A stretch of 20,697 nt of DNA. Origin: Orycteropus afer. Its lineage: Eukaryota. The position numbers were made by a program, and so were the translations under genes. The stretch's first letter is position 1; each line of letters opens with the position of its first letter. Below, piece by piece: positions 1 to 9,765 of this stretch. The stretch is from assembly GCF_000298275.1 (NCBI RefSeq), contig NW_006922148.1:1175648-1196344 (forward strand). The letters run 5' to 3'. Below the pieces are notes generated by a model. It was not told where the DNA came from and made no database searches. It worked only from the letters and a program-made list of their open reading frames with translations.

Positions 1-520
1 GCTGCAGTCTTTGATCTTCATCAGTAAATGCTCAATTGTTCTTCACTTGCAGCAAGCAAGGTAGTGCCATCTGATTATTGCAGGTTGTTAATGTGTCTTT
101 CTCCAATCCTGATGCCGCATTCTTCTTCATATAGTCCAGCTCCTCTGATTTTTGCTGAACATACAGATTTAATAAGTGTGGTTAAAGTGCATAAGCATGA
201 TGCACATGTTTCTTGATTTTAAATGATAAAGTATCCTCTTGTTCTGTTTGAACAGCTGCTGATCTATGTATAGTTTCCTCATGAGCATGATTAAGTGTTA
301 TGGAATTCCCATTCTACACAATGTTGTCCATGGTTTGTTATGATCCACATAGTCAGATGCCTTTGTCTAGTCAATAAAAGACAGGTAACATCATTCTGGT
401 ATTGTCTTTCAGCCACTTTCAGCCAACATTTCTTCTGAGATCCGCAGTGATATCCCTTGTTCAATGTCTTCTTCTGAATCTGGCTTGAAATTCTGGCAGT
501 ACCCTACTGATACACTGCTG
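1..520 (-). mobile_element. RTE/BovB-type LINE fragment (RT-domain portion; 3' end lies upstream of window start)
   Basis: The reverse complement translates to an RT-like segment (…VDHNKPWTTL.RMGIP… and …RWHYLACCK… = degenerate ADDTTLLA motif). It parallels the plus-strand RTE copy at 4080-4440. Bases 97-140 are repeated almost exactly at 1996-2040 in the second minus-strand RTE copy. Confidence 0.55.
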
Positions 521-539
521 CAGCCACTTATTTCTTTAT

Positions 540-1235
540 TTGAATTTTTATTGTGATTTGGGTGAAAGTTTACAGAGCAAATTCACTTTCCATATAGGAG
601 TTCACATACACTTTGTCTCATGACAGTTGAGTGCAATTTCTCACAGTGCATCAGCTCTCTTCTCACTTCTTCCCCATAGTTACCTCTTTCCTGTGTCCTT
701 CCCTCCCATGCATTTCTGCCCCCTGAATTGTCTCCCTGTGCATACACGGCCCTTCTGTCTCTCATGATTGATCTCTCCAAGGAGTGTATCTACCTAATGT
801 AAGTGTTCACCTCATATGCCTGTCTTTTGTATGGCTGGAAGCCACAGGAGTGAGTTCAATTCCAGACCTTAAGGGCTGCTAGGGGCCATAGTCTCAGGGG
901 TCTCGCCAGGCTTCATCAGATCAGCAAACCCAGTCCTTTTTTTTTTTTTAATGATTTTGAGTTTTGTTCCACATTGTTCTACCACTCTATCCAGAATCTC
1001 TTACATAGATTGCCCTCTTAGTGGTTGACAGTGGTAGCCAGGCACCATTTAGTTCTTCTAGTCTCATAGTCATATAGGCTGAGGATCTCTTGGTGTACCA
1101 GTCCCCTTGGACTAATTGTTTCCATGTGTCTTTGGTTTTCTTCATTCTTCTTTGCTCTGGATGAAGAGAGACCCATCTTCACATTTAGGTGGCCTGCTGC
1201 AACCATTTTTGAATTATTGTTGTTAGGTGCTGTTG
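540..1235 (-). mobile_element. L1 3'UTR terminal fragment (3' end at ~540, with internal A-run seen as T13 at 943-955)
   Basis: The reverse complement aligns with the 3'UTR of the plus-strand L1 at 13990-14680 and with the plus-strand L1 3' end at 6080-6690. A shared motif reads tatgactatgagac.agaactaga…gctaccac…caacc. The 3' end is T-rich on the plus strand. Confidence 0.55.
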
Positions 1236-2290
1236 AGTCATCTCCGACTAATAGCAACCCTGTGCACAGCAGAACGAAACACTGCCTGGTCCTGTGCCAT
1301 CTCCACGATCCTTGCTATACTTGAGCCCATTGCTGCAGCCTCTGTGTCAATCCATCTTGTTGAGGGCCTTCCCCTCTTTCGTTGACCCTTCACCTTACCA
1401 AGCATGACATCTTTCTTCAGGTGCCTTCTGACACCATGACCAAAGTAGGTGAGATGAAGTCTGGTCATTCTTGCTTCCAAGGAGTGCGTTCTAGCTGTAC
1501 TTCTTGCAGGAAGATTTGTTAGATCTTTTAGCTTTCTATGGTACTATCAGCATTCTTTGCCAGCACCACAACTCAAAAGCATCAACTCTTCTTCAGTCTT
1601 CCTTATTCATTGTCCTGCTCTAACATGCGTATGAGGCGATTGAAAATACTGTGACTTGGGTCAGGTGCACCTTAGTTCTCAAGGAGATATCTTTGCTCTT
1701 CAGCACTTGAAAGAGGTCCTTTGAAGCTGATTTGCCCAGTGGTATATGTCATCTCATGTCCTCACTGCTGCTTCCATTGCCGTTGATTGTAGAACTAAGC
1801 TATGTGAAATCTTTGACAACTTCAATCTTTTCTCCATTTATCGAGATGCTGCTTATTGGTCCAATTGTGAGAATTTTTGTTTTCTTTATATTGAGATGTA
1901 ATTCATACTGCAGACTATTCTTGTCTTCATCAGTTAGTGCCTCAAGTCAGCCTTACTTTCAGGGAGCAAAGTGTGTCTTCAGCATATCACAGGTTAATTA
2001 GTCTTCCTCCAATCCTGATGCCACATTCTTCTTCATATAGTCTAGTTTTTCTTTTTTTTAATTAATCTTCAGCTAAATTTTACTTGCCTGTGATATTAGT
2101 GATATTGTTAGACATTTACTACTCTCAGTTGGATCACCTTTCTCTGGAATGAGTGAAAATACTCTTTCAGTCAGTTGGTCTGGTAGTTCTCTTCCAAATT
2201 TCTTGGCATGGATAGGTGAGACCTCCTATGCTACATCCACTTGTTGAAATATCTCATTGCGTGTTTTGTCTATTCCTGGAGCCTTGTTTA
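1236..2290 (-). mobile_element. RTE/BovB-type LINE, 3' portion (C-terminal ORF + 3' tail), internally deleted
   Basis: The minus ORF 1238-1480 (…YFGHGVRR.LKKDVMLGKVKGQRKRGRPSTRWIDT…REMAQDQAVFRSAVH…) matches the C-terminus of the plus-strand RTE copy (4797-5100: LSYFGHVVRRDLEKDIMFGNVEGK…). The 3' tail (ttattgttgttaggtgctgttgagtcatctccgact) equals the tail shared with the AfroSINEs. The region 2100-2290 reverse complement gives IPKKGDP…NYR.ISL, the RT N-terminal motif. Confidence 0.6.
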
Positions 2291-2294
2291 TCAC

Positions 2295-2845
2295 CAATGC
2301 CCCAGTGCCACTTGAACTTCCCTTGCACCCCCAGTAACCAACAAAATGAATTTCTTTCCCTGAGTAAACCTCTCCTTCATTTTTAACAATAATAGACTCA
2401 TACAATATTTTTCCTTTTGTGATTGACTTCTTTTACTCAGTGTAATGCCCTTTAAATTTATCCATGTTATGAGGTGATTCATGGATTCTTTTTATTTTTA
2501 ATTTTTTTTTTTATTTTAATTTTTGATTTTTGCAGTGTTCCCTTACCTGCCCTCCCACCCCTGGTGACCAACAAAGAAATTTTCCTTCCATATATAAACC
2601 TTTCCTTGACTTTTTACAATAATGAACTAGTACAGTATTTCTCCTTTTATGGTTAACTTATTTCACTCAGCATAATATCCTCCAAGTTCACCCATGTTAT
2701 ACGGTGTTTTGCAGATTCTACATTATTTAATGTGACATAGTATTCCATTGTGTGTATGTGCCGTAGTTTGGTTATCCTTTCTTCTGTTGATGGGCATGTA
2801 GGTTGTTTCCAACTTTTTGCTACTGTAAATAGTGCTGCATGATAG
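2295..2845 (-). mobile_element. Two tandem partial L1 ORF2 C-terminal fragments (2295-2485 and 2525-2845) separated by a T-rich run
   Basis: The minus ORFs 2653-2904 (…HAALFTVAKSWKQPTCPSTEE…HIHTMEYY…ITWVNLEDIMLSEIS) and 2291-2482 (…ITWINLKGITLSKRSQSQKEKYCM…) are L1 ORF2 C-terminus-like. The two DNA segments are about 75% similar to each other. Confidence 0.5.
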
Positions 2846-5125
2846 AATTTTGCAAGACCAATGACTTCTTCATTGCAAATACCTTTTTTCAACAACATAA
2901 ACAACAGCTATACACATGGACTTCACTAGATGGAATACATAGGAATCAGATTGACTGCATCTGTGGGAAGAGGCGGTGGAGAAGTTCAATATCTTCAGCT
3001 AAAACAAGACCAGGAGCTGACTGTGGAACAGACCATCAACTGCTCATATGCATGTTCAAGTTGAAGTTGAAGACAATTAAAATGAGTCCATGAGAACCAA
3101 ACTATGACTTTGATAATATCCATCCTGAATTTAGACACTATCTAAAGAGCAGATTTGATGCATTGGATACCAGTTACTGAAAACCAGAGGAATTGTTGGA
3201 TGACATCATGAACATCATCCATGAACAAAGCAAGAGGTCATTAATAAGACAGGATAGGAAGAAAAGACCAAAATGGATGTCAGAAGAGACTCTGAAACTT
3301 GTGTTTGAGTGGAGAGTAGCTAAAGCTAATGGAAGAAATGACAAGATAAAAGAGCTGAATGGAAAATTTCAAAGAGCAGCTGAAGAAGACAGAACCAGTT
3401 ATTATAATGAAATGTGCAAAGACCTGGAGTTAGAAAACCAGAAGAGAAGAACATGCTCAGCATTTCTCAACCTGAAAGAACTGAGGAAAAAATTTAAGCC
3501 TCGAGTTGCAGTACTGAAAGATTCTATGGACAAAATATTGAATGATGTAGGAAACATCAAAAGAAGATGGAAGGAATACACAGAGTCACTGTACCAAAAA
3601 GACCTGGTCAATCTTCATCCATCTCTGGAGGTGGCATATGATGAAGAATCAATGGTATTGAAGGAAGAAGTCGAAGCTGCACTGAAAGAGCAAAGAACAA
3701 GGCTCTAGAAATTGATGGAATATCCATTAAGATGTTTCAACAAATGGATGCTATGCTGGAGGCACTCATTTGGCTATGCCAAGAGATTTGGAAGACAGCT
3801 ATCTGGCTAAGTGACTGGAATAGATCCATATTTGTACCCATTACAAAGAAAGGTGATCCAACAGAATGTGAAAATTATTGAACAATATTAATATCACATG
3901 CAAATAAAATCTTACTGAAGATAAATAAAAAAACAGTTGCAGCAGTATATTGACAGAGAACTTCCAGAAATGCAAGCTGGATTCAGAAGAGGCCGTGGAA
4001 GCAGGAATATCATTACTGATGTTAGATGGATCTTGGCTTAAAGTAATGAATACCAGAAACATGTTCTCTTGTGTTTTATTGACTATGCAAAAGCATTTGA
4101 TTGTGTGGATCATAACAAATTATGGATAACATTGAGAAAAATGGGAATTCCAGAACACGATTGTACTCATGAGGAACCTGTACATAGATCAAGAGGCTGT
4201 TCAAACAGAACAAGGGGACACTGCATGGTTTAAAATCAGGAATGAAGTGTATCAGGGTTGTATCCTTTCACCATAGTTATTCAGTTTGTATGCTGAGAAA
4301 ATAATTCAAGAAGCTGGATTATACAAAGATGAACATGGCATCAGGATTGGCAGAATGCTCATTAACAACCTGTGATACACAGATGACACAACTTTGCTTG
4401 CTGAAAGTAAGGATGAGTTGAAGCACTTACTGATGAAGATTGCAGACTACAGGCTGCAATATGGATTACACCCCAGTATTAAGAAAACAAAAATCATTAC
4501 AACTGGTGCAATAAGCAGTTTCATGATGAATAGAGAAAAAAATTGAATTGTCAAGGACTTCATATTACTTGGTTCTACAGTCAGCAGCAATGGAAGCAGC
4601 AGTCAAGACATCAGACGATGTATATTGCATTGGGCCAATCTGTTGCAAAAGACCTCTTCCAAGTTATGAAAGCAAAGATGTCTCCTTGAAGATTAAGGTG
4701 TCACTAACCCAAGCCATGATATTTTCAATCACCTCATATGCATGTAAGAGCTGGACAATGAATAAGGAAGATTGAAGAAGAGTTGATGCTTTTGAGTTGT
4801 GGTGTTGGAGGAGAATGCTAAGAGTACCATGGATTGCTAAAAGGACTAACAAATCTGTCCTGGAAGGAGTGCAGCTGGAATGCTCCATGGAAGTGAGACT
4901 GGACGAACTTCGTCTCTCCTACTTTGGTCATGTTGTCAGAAGGGACCTGGAGAAGGATATCATGTTTGGTAATGTTGAGGGGAAGGCTCTCAATGAGATT
5001 GATTGATACATGACTTCAATGGTGGCCTCAGGTATAGCAAGGATTGTGAGGCTGGCACAGGAATGGGCAGTGTTTCGTTCTACTGTGCATAAGGTCGCTG
5101 AGTTGGAGATGACTTGAAGGCACCT
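2846..5125 (+). mobile_element. RTE/BovB-type LINE, 5'-truncated (endonuclease C-terminus, RT, C-terminal domain), pseudogenized
   Basis: ORF 2839-3093 reads …YTWTSLDGIHRNQIDCICGKRRWRSSISSAKTRPGADCGTDHQLLICMFKLKLK (endonuclease C-terminus). The RT region 3880-4500 reads IPKKGDPTEC.NY…DYAKAFDCVDHNKLW…GIP…GV.QGCILSP…ADDTTLLAESKDELKHLLMKI. The C-terminus 4797-5006 reads WCWRRMLRVPWIAKRTNKSVLEGV…LSYFGHVVRRDLEKDIMFGNVEGK. Multiple frameshifts and stops are present. Confidence 0.7.
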
Positions 5126-5150
5126 AACAACAACAACAACAACAACAACA
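5126..5150 (+). repeat. (CAA)n microsatellite forming the RTE 3' tail
   Basis: Direct read: cacctaacaa(caa)7 following the RTE terminal sequence ggagatgacttgaaggcacctaac. Confidence 0.85.
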
Positions 5151-5159
5151 GCTAGTGCT

Positions 5160-6065
5160 GTAGGGAACATGGTGTGCATATATCTCTTATTGTCCTGGAT
5201 CTCACATCTATACCTAGTAATGGGATTGCTGCATCAAATGATATTTCTAATTCCAACTTTTTAAGGAAACACCATACTGCTTTCCACAATGATCCTATCA
5301 TTTTACAGCCCCATCAGCAGGATATGAGAGTCCAAATCTGTCCACATCCTCAGCAGCATGTGTTATTCTCTGTCTTTTTGTACTTTGCTGTTAGTGCTGG
5401 AGCAAGATGGTATCTTGTTGTTTTGATTTGCATCTCTCTAATGGCTAACGATCATGAACATTTCTTCATGTATTTGTTAGCCGCCTAAATATCCTCTTTG
5501 GTGAAGTGTCTATTCATGTTTTTGCCCATTTTTGAATTGGATTGTTTGTCTTCTTGTTGAGGTGGAGTTTTCTATAAATTTTAGAGATAAGTCCCTTGTT
5601 GAATATGTCATTGCTAAATATTTTAGGTCCCCTAAATTTGCCCCTATTTTTTCCCTGAGGAATTTTATAGTTTAGGTTTCACATTTAACTCTTTGATCCA
5701 TCTGGATTTAGTTTTTGTGTATGGTGTGAGGTACGGCTCTTGTTTTATTTTTCTGCAAAGGGCTATCCAGTTTTTCCAACACCATTTGTTAAACAGACAA
5801 TCCCTTCCCCATTTAATGGATTTCAGCCCTTTGTCAAAAATCAGCTAACTGTAGGTCAATAGATGTATTTCTGGGTTCTCAATTGTATCCACTGGTCTAT
5901 GTGTCTGTCGTTGTACTAGTTCCAGGCTGTTTTGACTACTGTGGCTGTATGGTAGGTTTTGAGATCTGGGAGTGTAAGACCTTCTACTTTGTTCTTCTTC
6001 CTCAATAGTGCTTTGCTTATTCAAGGTCTCGTTCCTTCCCATATAAAGTTAGTGATTGACTTTTG
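5160..6065 (-). mobile_element. L1 ORF2 fragment (C-terminal region)
   Basis: The plus ORF 5174-5488 is the characteristic antisense artefact of the L1 ORF2 C-terminus (…IPSNGIAASNDISNSNFLR…), the same as the 12965-13282 antisense ORF opposite a confirmed L1 ORF2 end. The minus ORF 5845-6042 contains …VDTIENPEIHL…, an ORF2 motif. Confidence 0.5.
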
Positions 6066-6079
6066 CATATGTTTAAAGA

Positions 6080-6690
6080 ATGTTGATTGAAGATGAATGC
6101 AAACAGTCTAAGCTACTGGTATACCATGAGGTCCTCAGCCTTTATGACTATGAGACAAGAACTAGAAAGAGCCTAGCTACCACTCTCAACCAGTTAGAGG
6201 AGGATCTATGTAGGAGATCAAAGATAGAGTGGGAGAAGAATGTGGAACAAAACTCAAAATCATTAAAAAAAAAAAAAAAAAGGGACCAGGTTTGCTGGTC
6301 TGATAGAGCCTTATGGAACCCCTAAGACTCTGGCCCCTAGCAGTCCTTCAGGTCTGGTATTGAACCTACTCTTGTGACTTCCAGCCAAACAAAACACAGG
6401 CATATAAAGTAAACATTTACATCAGTAGATATACTTATTGGAGAGATCAAGCACGGAGAATAGAAGGGCTGTATATGTACAGGGAGACAGCTTGGGGGGC
6501 AGGAGTGCATGGGAGGGAAGGACACAGAGAAGAGGTAACTATGGGGAGGAAATGGGAAGAGCGCTGTTGCATTGTGGCAAATTGCAGTCAATATCATGAG
6601 ACAAAGTGTGAACTGCTGTGTGGACAATGAATTTGCTCTGTAAACTTCCACCCAAATCACAACAAAAATTAAAAAAAAAAAAAAAAGAAT
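6080..6690 (+). mobile_element. L1 3'UTR terminal fragment (internal A17 at 6266-6282, terminal A-run 6660-6676)
   Basis: It aligns block-by-block with the L1 3'UTR at 14110-14680 (…atagagtgggag.a.a…ggaacaaaa.tcaaaa… / …caggagtgcat…gaggg…) and is the reverse complement of 540-1110. Confidence 0.6.
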
Positions 6691-6694
6691 GTAG

Positions 6695-7447
6695 ATGGGC
6701 TCTGGATAGGAATTCCACTGAATATATACATTTTCACAATGTTCATTCTTCCTATCCACCAGCATGATGTGTGCTTCCATTTATGTATATCTCTTATGGT
6801 TTCTTGAAGTAGTGTTTTGTAGTTTTCTTTGAACAGGTCTTTTGTCTCCCTAGTGACATGTATTCCCAAATATTTTATTCTTTTGGTCGCTATTGTAAAT
6901 GCTGTTGATTTCCTATTTCCTTTTCAGCAATCTCTTTGCTGGTGTGGAGGAATCCAACTGAGTTTTGTATCCCACCACTATGCCCAATCTCTCATTTAGT
7001 TCCAGTAGTTTTTTTAACTGAGTATCTTGATTTCTCTGTGTGTAGGATCATATCAGAAAATAGGGATAGTTTCACCTTTTCTTTACCAATTTTGATGCCT
7101 TTGTTTTCCCTTTCTTGCCTTATTGCCCTGGCTAGGACTTCTAATACAGTGCTGAATAGAAGTGGTGATAGAAGTCATACTTGCCTGGATTGTGTTTGCA
7201 AGGTGAATGGTTTCAGTCTCTGTCCATTGAGAATAATGTTGGCTGTTGGTTTTTGCATATATGCTCTTTATTATGTAGAGGAAATTTCCCTTCTATTCTT
7301 ATTTTGCTGAGAGTTTTTATCAGGAATGGTGTTGGGGTTTATCAAATGCCTTTCCTGCATCAGTTGATATGATCATATGGTGTTTTCCTTTGTGTAATGG
7401 ATGACATTGATTGTTTTTCTAATGTTGTATCATCCTTGAATACCTGG
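6695..7447 (-). mobile_element. L1 ORF2 (RT-domain part), the 3' side of an L1 interrupted by the LTR element at 7448-9096
   Basis: The reverse complement of 7300-7447 reads PGIQGWYNIRKTINVIHY… (L1 ORF2: [23 protein letters not shown]). The antisense plus ORFs 6936-7310 are typical L1-ORF2-antisense artefacts. Confidence 0.6.
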
Positions 7448-8087
7448 TGTTCTGGTTACCTAGTGCCACTCTGACGGGAAACATACCTCAAATGAGATGG
7501 CCTTAACAAACAGGAGATTATTCTTACAATTTGGAGGCTTTAAGTCCAAGTTCAAAGTGCCAGGCTCTAGGGGATGGATGAAAGCCCCTCAACCTTGGGG
7601 TCCAGCTCTGTCTCCTGCTCCCGGCCCACTGGAGCTAGAAGCATTTCTTCCCTCAGACAGCTGCTGGCTGCTGAGGCTGAGAGCCCCAAGGTTGACAAGT
7701 AAAAAGGCACAGTCCCCATGTTACCAAACCACACAGCAGGCCATTAACTTAAGTCCATTTTAAGTCCCAAGGTTGGCATAGCATAGCAGGCCGCTGAGCA
7801 ACGACACAGCTACATGCAGGGTCCAAGCGTGCCATAGGCTAGAGACCATTCTCAGAGCTTCTCCTTATATACAGGAAGCAGACCACATACCCAAAGGCAG
7901 CTATTCAGCTGCTCCCAGTAGATTCCACCATGGAGTTGACTACCAGTCTCATCATGGGGAATACTAAATCCAGCTGCCCAGCCCCTCAACCAGGCCTAGC
8001 CAAGTTGACATACAAACATAACCATCACAGTTCTATCCCTTGTCAACTTGGCATCTGTACAAATCTTCAATGGGTGGTATCTGTACA
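7448..8087 (-). mobile_element. LTR (full ~640 bp, minus orientation, acting as 3' LTR of a compact element)
   Basis: It begins with TGTTCTGG (minus-strand end …CCAGAACA). Three homologous copies lie at 8789-9096, 14966-15560 and 17063-17621. TATA-like TATATAAGGAG occurs on the minus strand at ~7862-7872. The minus-strand 5' terminus is TGTACA… at ~8061/8087. Confidence 0.5.
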
Positions 8088-8788
8088 GGTCTCCTCCACT
8101 GGGTGGCTCCATTCCCCTACTTTCTGAATAGTGACCTCACCCTCTTGGCCTAGAAATGGCCCTATTCCTCTCCCTCTTGGGCATGGCAGCCCCACCCCCT
8201 CATTCTTGGGCTGCGGCTGTGGCTCCATCCCACTGGCTCACATGAACGAGCAGTCCCACACTCCAGAACCAAGTTGGTGAAGGCCTGGCTCTTTGAAACC
8301 TAGGGGGCTGTGGTCATTCCACCCCCAAAGGCCATTGATCCTACCCTTAAGGCTGAAGCAGCTCTGCTTCTGTTTCCTTGGTCTCTCCGCTTCTGCCGAT
8401 CAGTGCCCGAGGGCAACCCACTGCACTGAAAAACTGTGCCCAAAAAGCACTCGGCTTGTTTTGCTCCATGGGCTGGCCAACCTGCTACTCCATTTCAAGC
8501 CGATCTTTTCTACTGAAAAGAAGGCAACCCACTCCATCGGAAAGCCGTCTACCGAATGGCACCCGGCTTTCTCCTCCATAGGCTGCTAAGGCTGTCACTG
8601 TCTCATGCCGGTTCTCTCGGCTCTGCTTCTGCCGTCTCTCATACTGGTCTCTTGCTGTTTGTCCTGCCATCTGTCATACTGTATGCCGGGGTCTCTGTGC
8701 CAGGATCTTGGGTCAAGGATGCACTCCACTCCTGTTTCTACATTTTATGTATTTGTCAGAGCAGCACCCCACTCCTGGAACCAAATTC
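8088..8788 (-). mobile_element. Internal region of a compact LTR element (PPT-like purine run at ~8088-8106 on minus strand; PBS-like at 8764-8783; CpG-retaining 8380-8660)
   Basis: It is flanked by two same-orientation LTR copies. Minus strand 8088-8106 = ccacccagtggaggagacc immediately upstream of the LTR 5' end. No ORF longer than 100 aa has retroviral motifs. Confidence 0.4.
8764..8783 (-). other. Primer-binding-site-like motif complementary to a tRNA-Leu(CAG)-type 3' end
   Basis: The minus strand immediately after the LTR end reads …CCAGAACA gaatt TGGTTCCAGGAGTGGGGTGC. Its plus-strand complement gcaCCCCACTCCTGgaACCA matches the recalled tRNA-Leu 3' end …CCCACTCCTGACACCA in 10 contiguous nt plus the terminal ACCA. 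tRNA-Leu priming is the defining feature of ERV-L-group elements. Confidence 0.4.
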
Positions 8789-9096
8789 TGTTCTGGTTAC
8801 CTAGTGCCACTCTGACAGGAAGCATACCACAAGTGGGATGGCCTTGACAAACAGAAGTTTATTCTTACAATTTGGAGGCTTTAAGTTCAAGTTCAAAGTG
8901 CCAGGCTCTAGGGGCTGGGTGAAAGCCTCTCAACCTTAGGGTCCAGCTCTGCCTCCTGCTCCCAGCCCACTGGAGCTAGAAGCATTTCTTCACTCAGACA
9001 GCCACTGGCTGCTGAGGCTGAGAAGCCCCAGGGTTGAGAAGTAAAAAGGCACCGTCCCAATGTTACCAAACCACACGGCAGGCCATTAACTTAACC
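8789..9096 (-). mobile_element. LTR (5' LTR of the compact element; U3-side truncated, ~308 bp retained)
   Basis: About 90% identical to 7448-7760. An AATAAA on the minus strand (tttatt 8858-8863) lies ~65 bp from the LTR 3' end. The copy ends where L1 ORF2 sequence resumes (~9097). Confidence 0.5.
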
Positions 9097-9562
9097 ATCA
9101 CACCTGGTATAACCCCACTTGGTCATAATGTATATTTTTTTCATACATTGTTGGAGTCTGTTGGCTAGGATTTGTTGAAGATTTTTGTGTCTGTGTTCAT
9201 GAGGGATACTGGTCTGTAGTTTTCCTTTTGAGTTTTTGCCTGGTTTTGGTGTGAAGGGTATGCTTGCTTCATAAAATGAATTTGGGAGGGTTCCATCCTT
9301 TTCTTTGTTCTGGAATAGTTTGAGTAGGTTTTGTGTGATATCTTCTCTGAATGTTTGGTAGAATTTTCCAGTGAAACCGTCTGGGCCAGGACGTTTGTTT
9401 ATTGATAATTTTTTTTATGACCTGTTCAGTTTCTTCTGTTATGGGTTTGTTCAAATTTTCTACCTCAGTCTGTGTTAGTTTAGGTAAGTAGTATGTTTCT
9501 AGAAATCTGTCCATTTCTTCTAGATTTTCAAATTTATTGGAGTATAGTTCTTCATTGTATCC
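9097..9562 (-). mobile_element. L1 ORF2 segment (continuation of the interrupted minus-strand L1)
   Basis: The reverse complement of 9097-9140 reads …IHYDQVGLYQV (L1: [15 protein letters not shown]), the same ORF2 position where the 7447 side ends. The minus ORF 9269-9565 reads NLEEMDRFLETYYLPKLTQTEVENLNKPIT.EE.E.VIKK… (L1 ORF2 segment following the endonuclease). Confidence 0.65.
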
Positions 9563-9765
9563 CAATAAACTAAATCAAACTCACTGCTCTCAAATTGGAT
9601 ACAACTCATAGTGACCCCTCCTTGGGTTTCTGAGGTGGCATCACTATAGAAGTAGATTGCCCAACCTTCCTTCTGAGGAGTGACTGGTGGGTTTGAACCA
9701 CCAGCCTTCTGTTTAGCAGTCAAATACCTTAGGCACTGTGCCCCCAGAGCTCTCAGTTTCCTGAT
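9563..9765 (-). mobile_element. AfroSINE-type tRNA-derived SINE (older-looking, CpG-decayed tail)
   Basis: The reverse complement has a tRNA-like head ggagctctgggggcacagtgcctaagg…ggttcaaacccaccag (A/B-box like). The tail gagttgtatccaatttgagagcagtgagtttgattt is a CpG-decayed version of the gagtcggaatcgactcgacggca-type tail. Confidence 0.6.

Noticed and set aside
540-940. A ~400-bp family present four times (540-940, 6290-6690, 16960-17062, 20527-20697) was considered as a novel SINE or LTR family.
   Set aside because: It aligns block-by-block with the distal 3'UTR of the L1 at 14280-14680. It is the terminal part of an L1 3'UTR subfamily following an internal A-run.
3193-3708. The 171-aa ORF is the longest plus-strand ORF, so it was considered as a host gene.
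   Set aside because: It lies between the endonuclease C-terminus and the RT motifs of the plus-strand RTE/BovB-type LINE. It is followed in other frames by RT motifs (IPKKGDP, ADDTTLLAE), so it is the element's own decayed ORF.
6337-6780. The 147-aa minus ORF and other 60-125-aa ORFs in the track (e.g. 5174-5488, 6936-7310, 12965-13282, 7497-7763) were checked.
   Set aside because: They are low-complexity or antisense readings of L1 ORF2 / 3'UTR or LTR sequence. The same antisense 'protein' recurs opposite every L1 ORF2 C-terminus in the window.
8764-8783. A tRNA gene was suspected from the …CCCACTCCTGGAACCA motif.
   Set aside because: Only the last ~16 nt resemble a tRNA 3' end. There is no T-loop (GTTCGAATC) or cloverleaf upstream, and the position immediately after an LTR end fits a primer-binding site.
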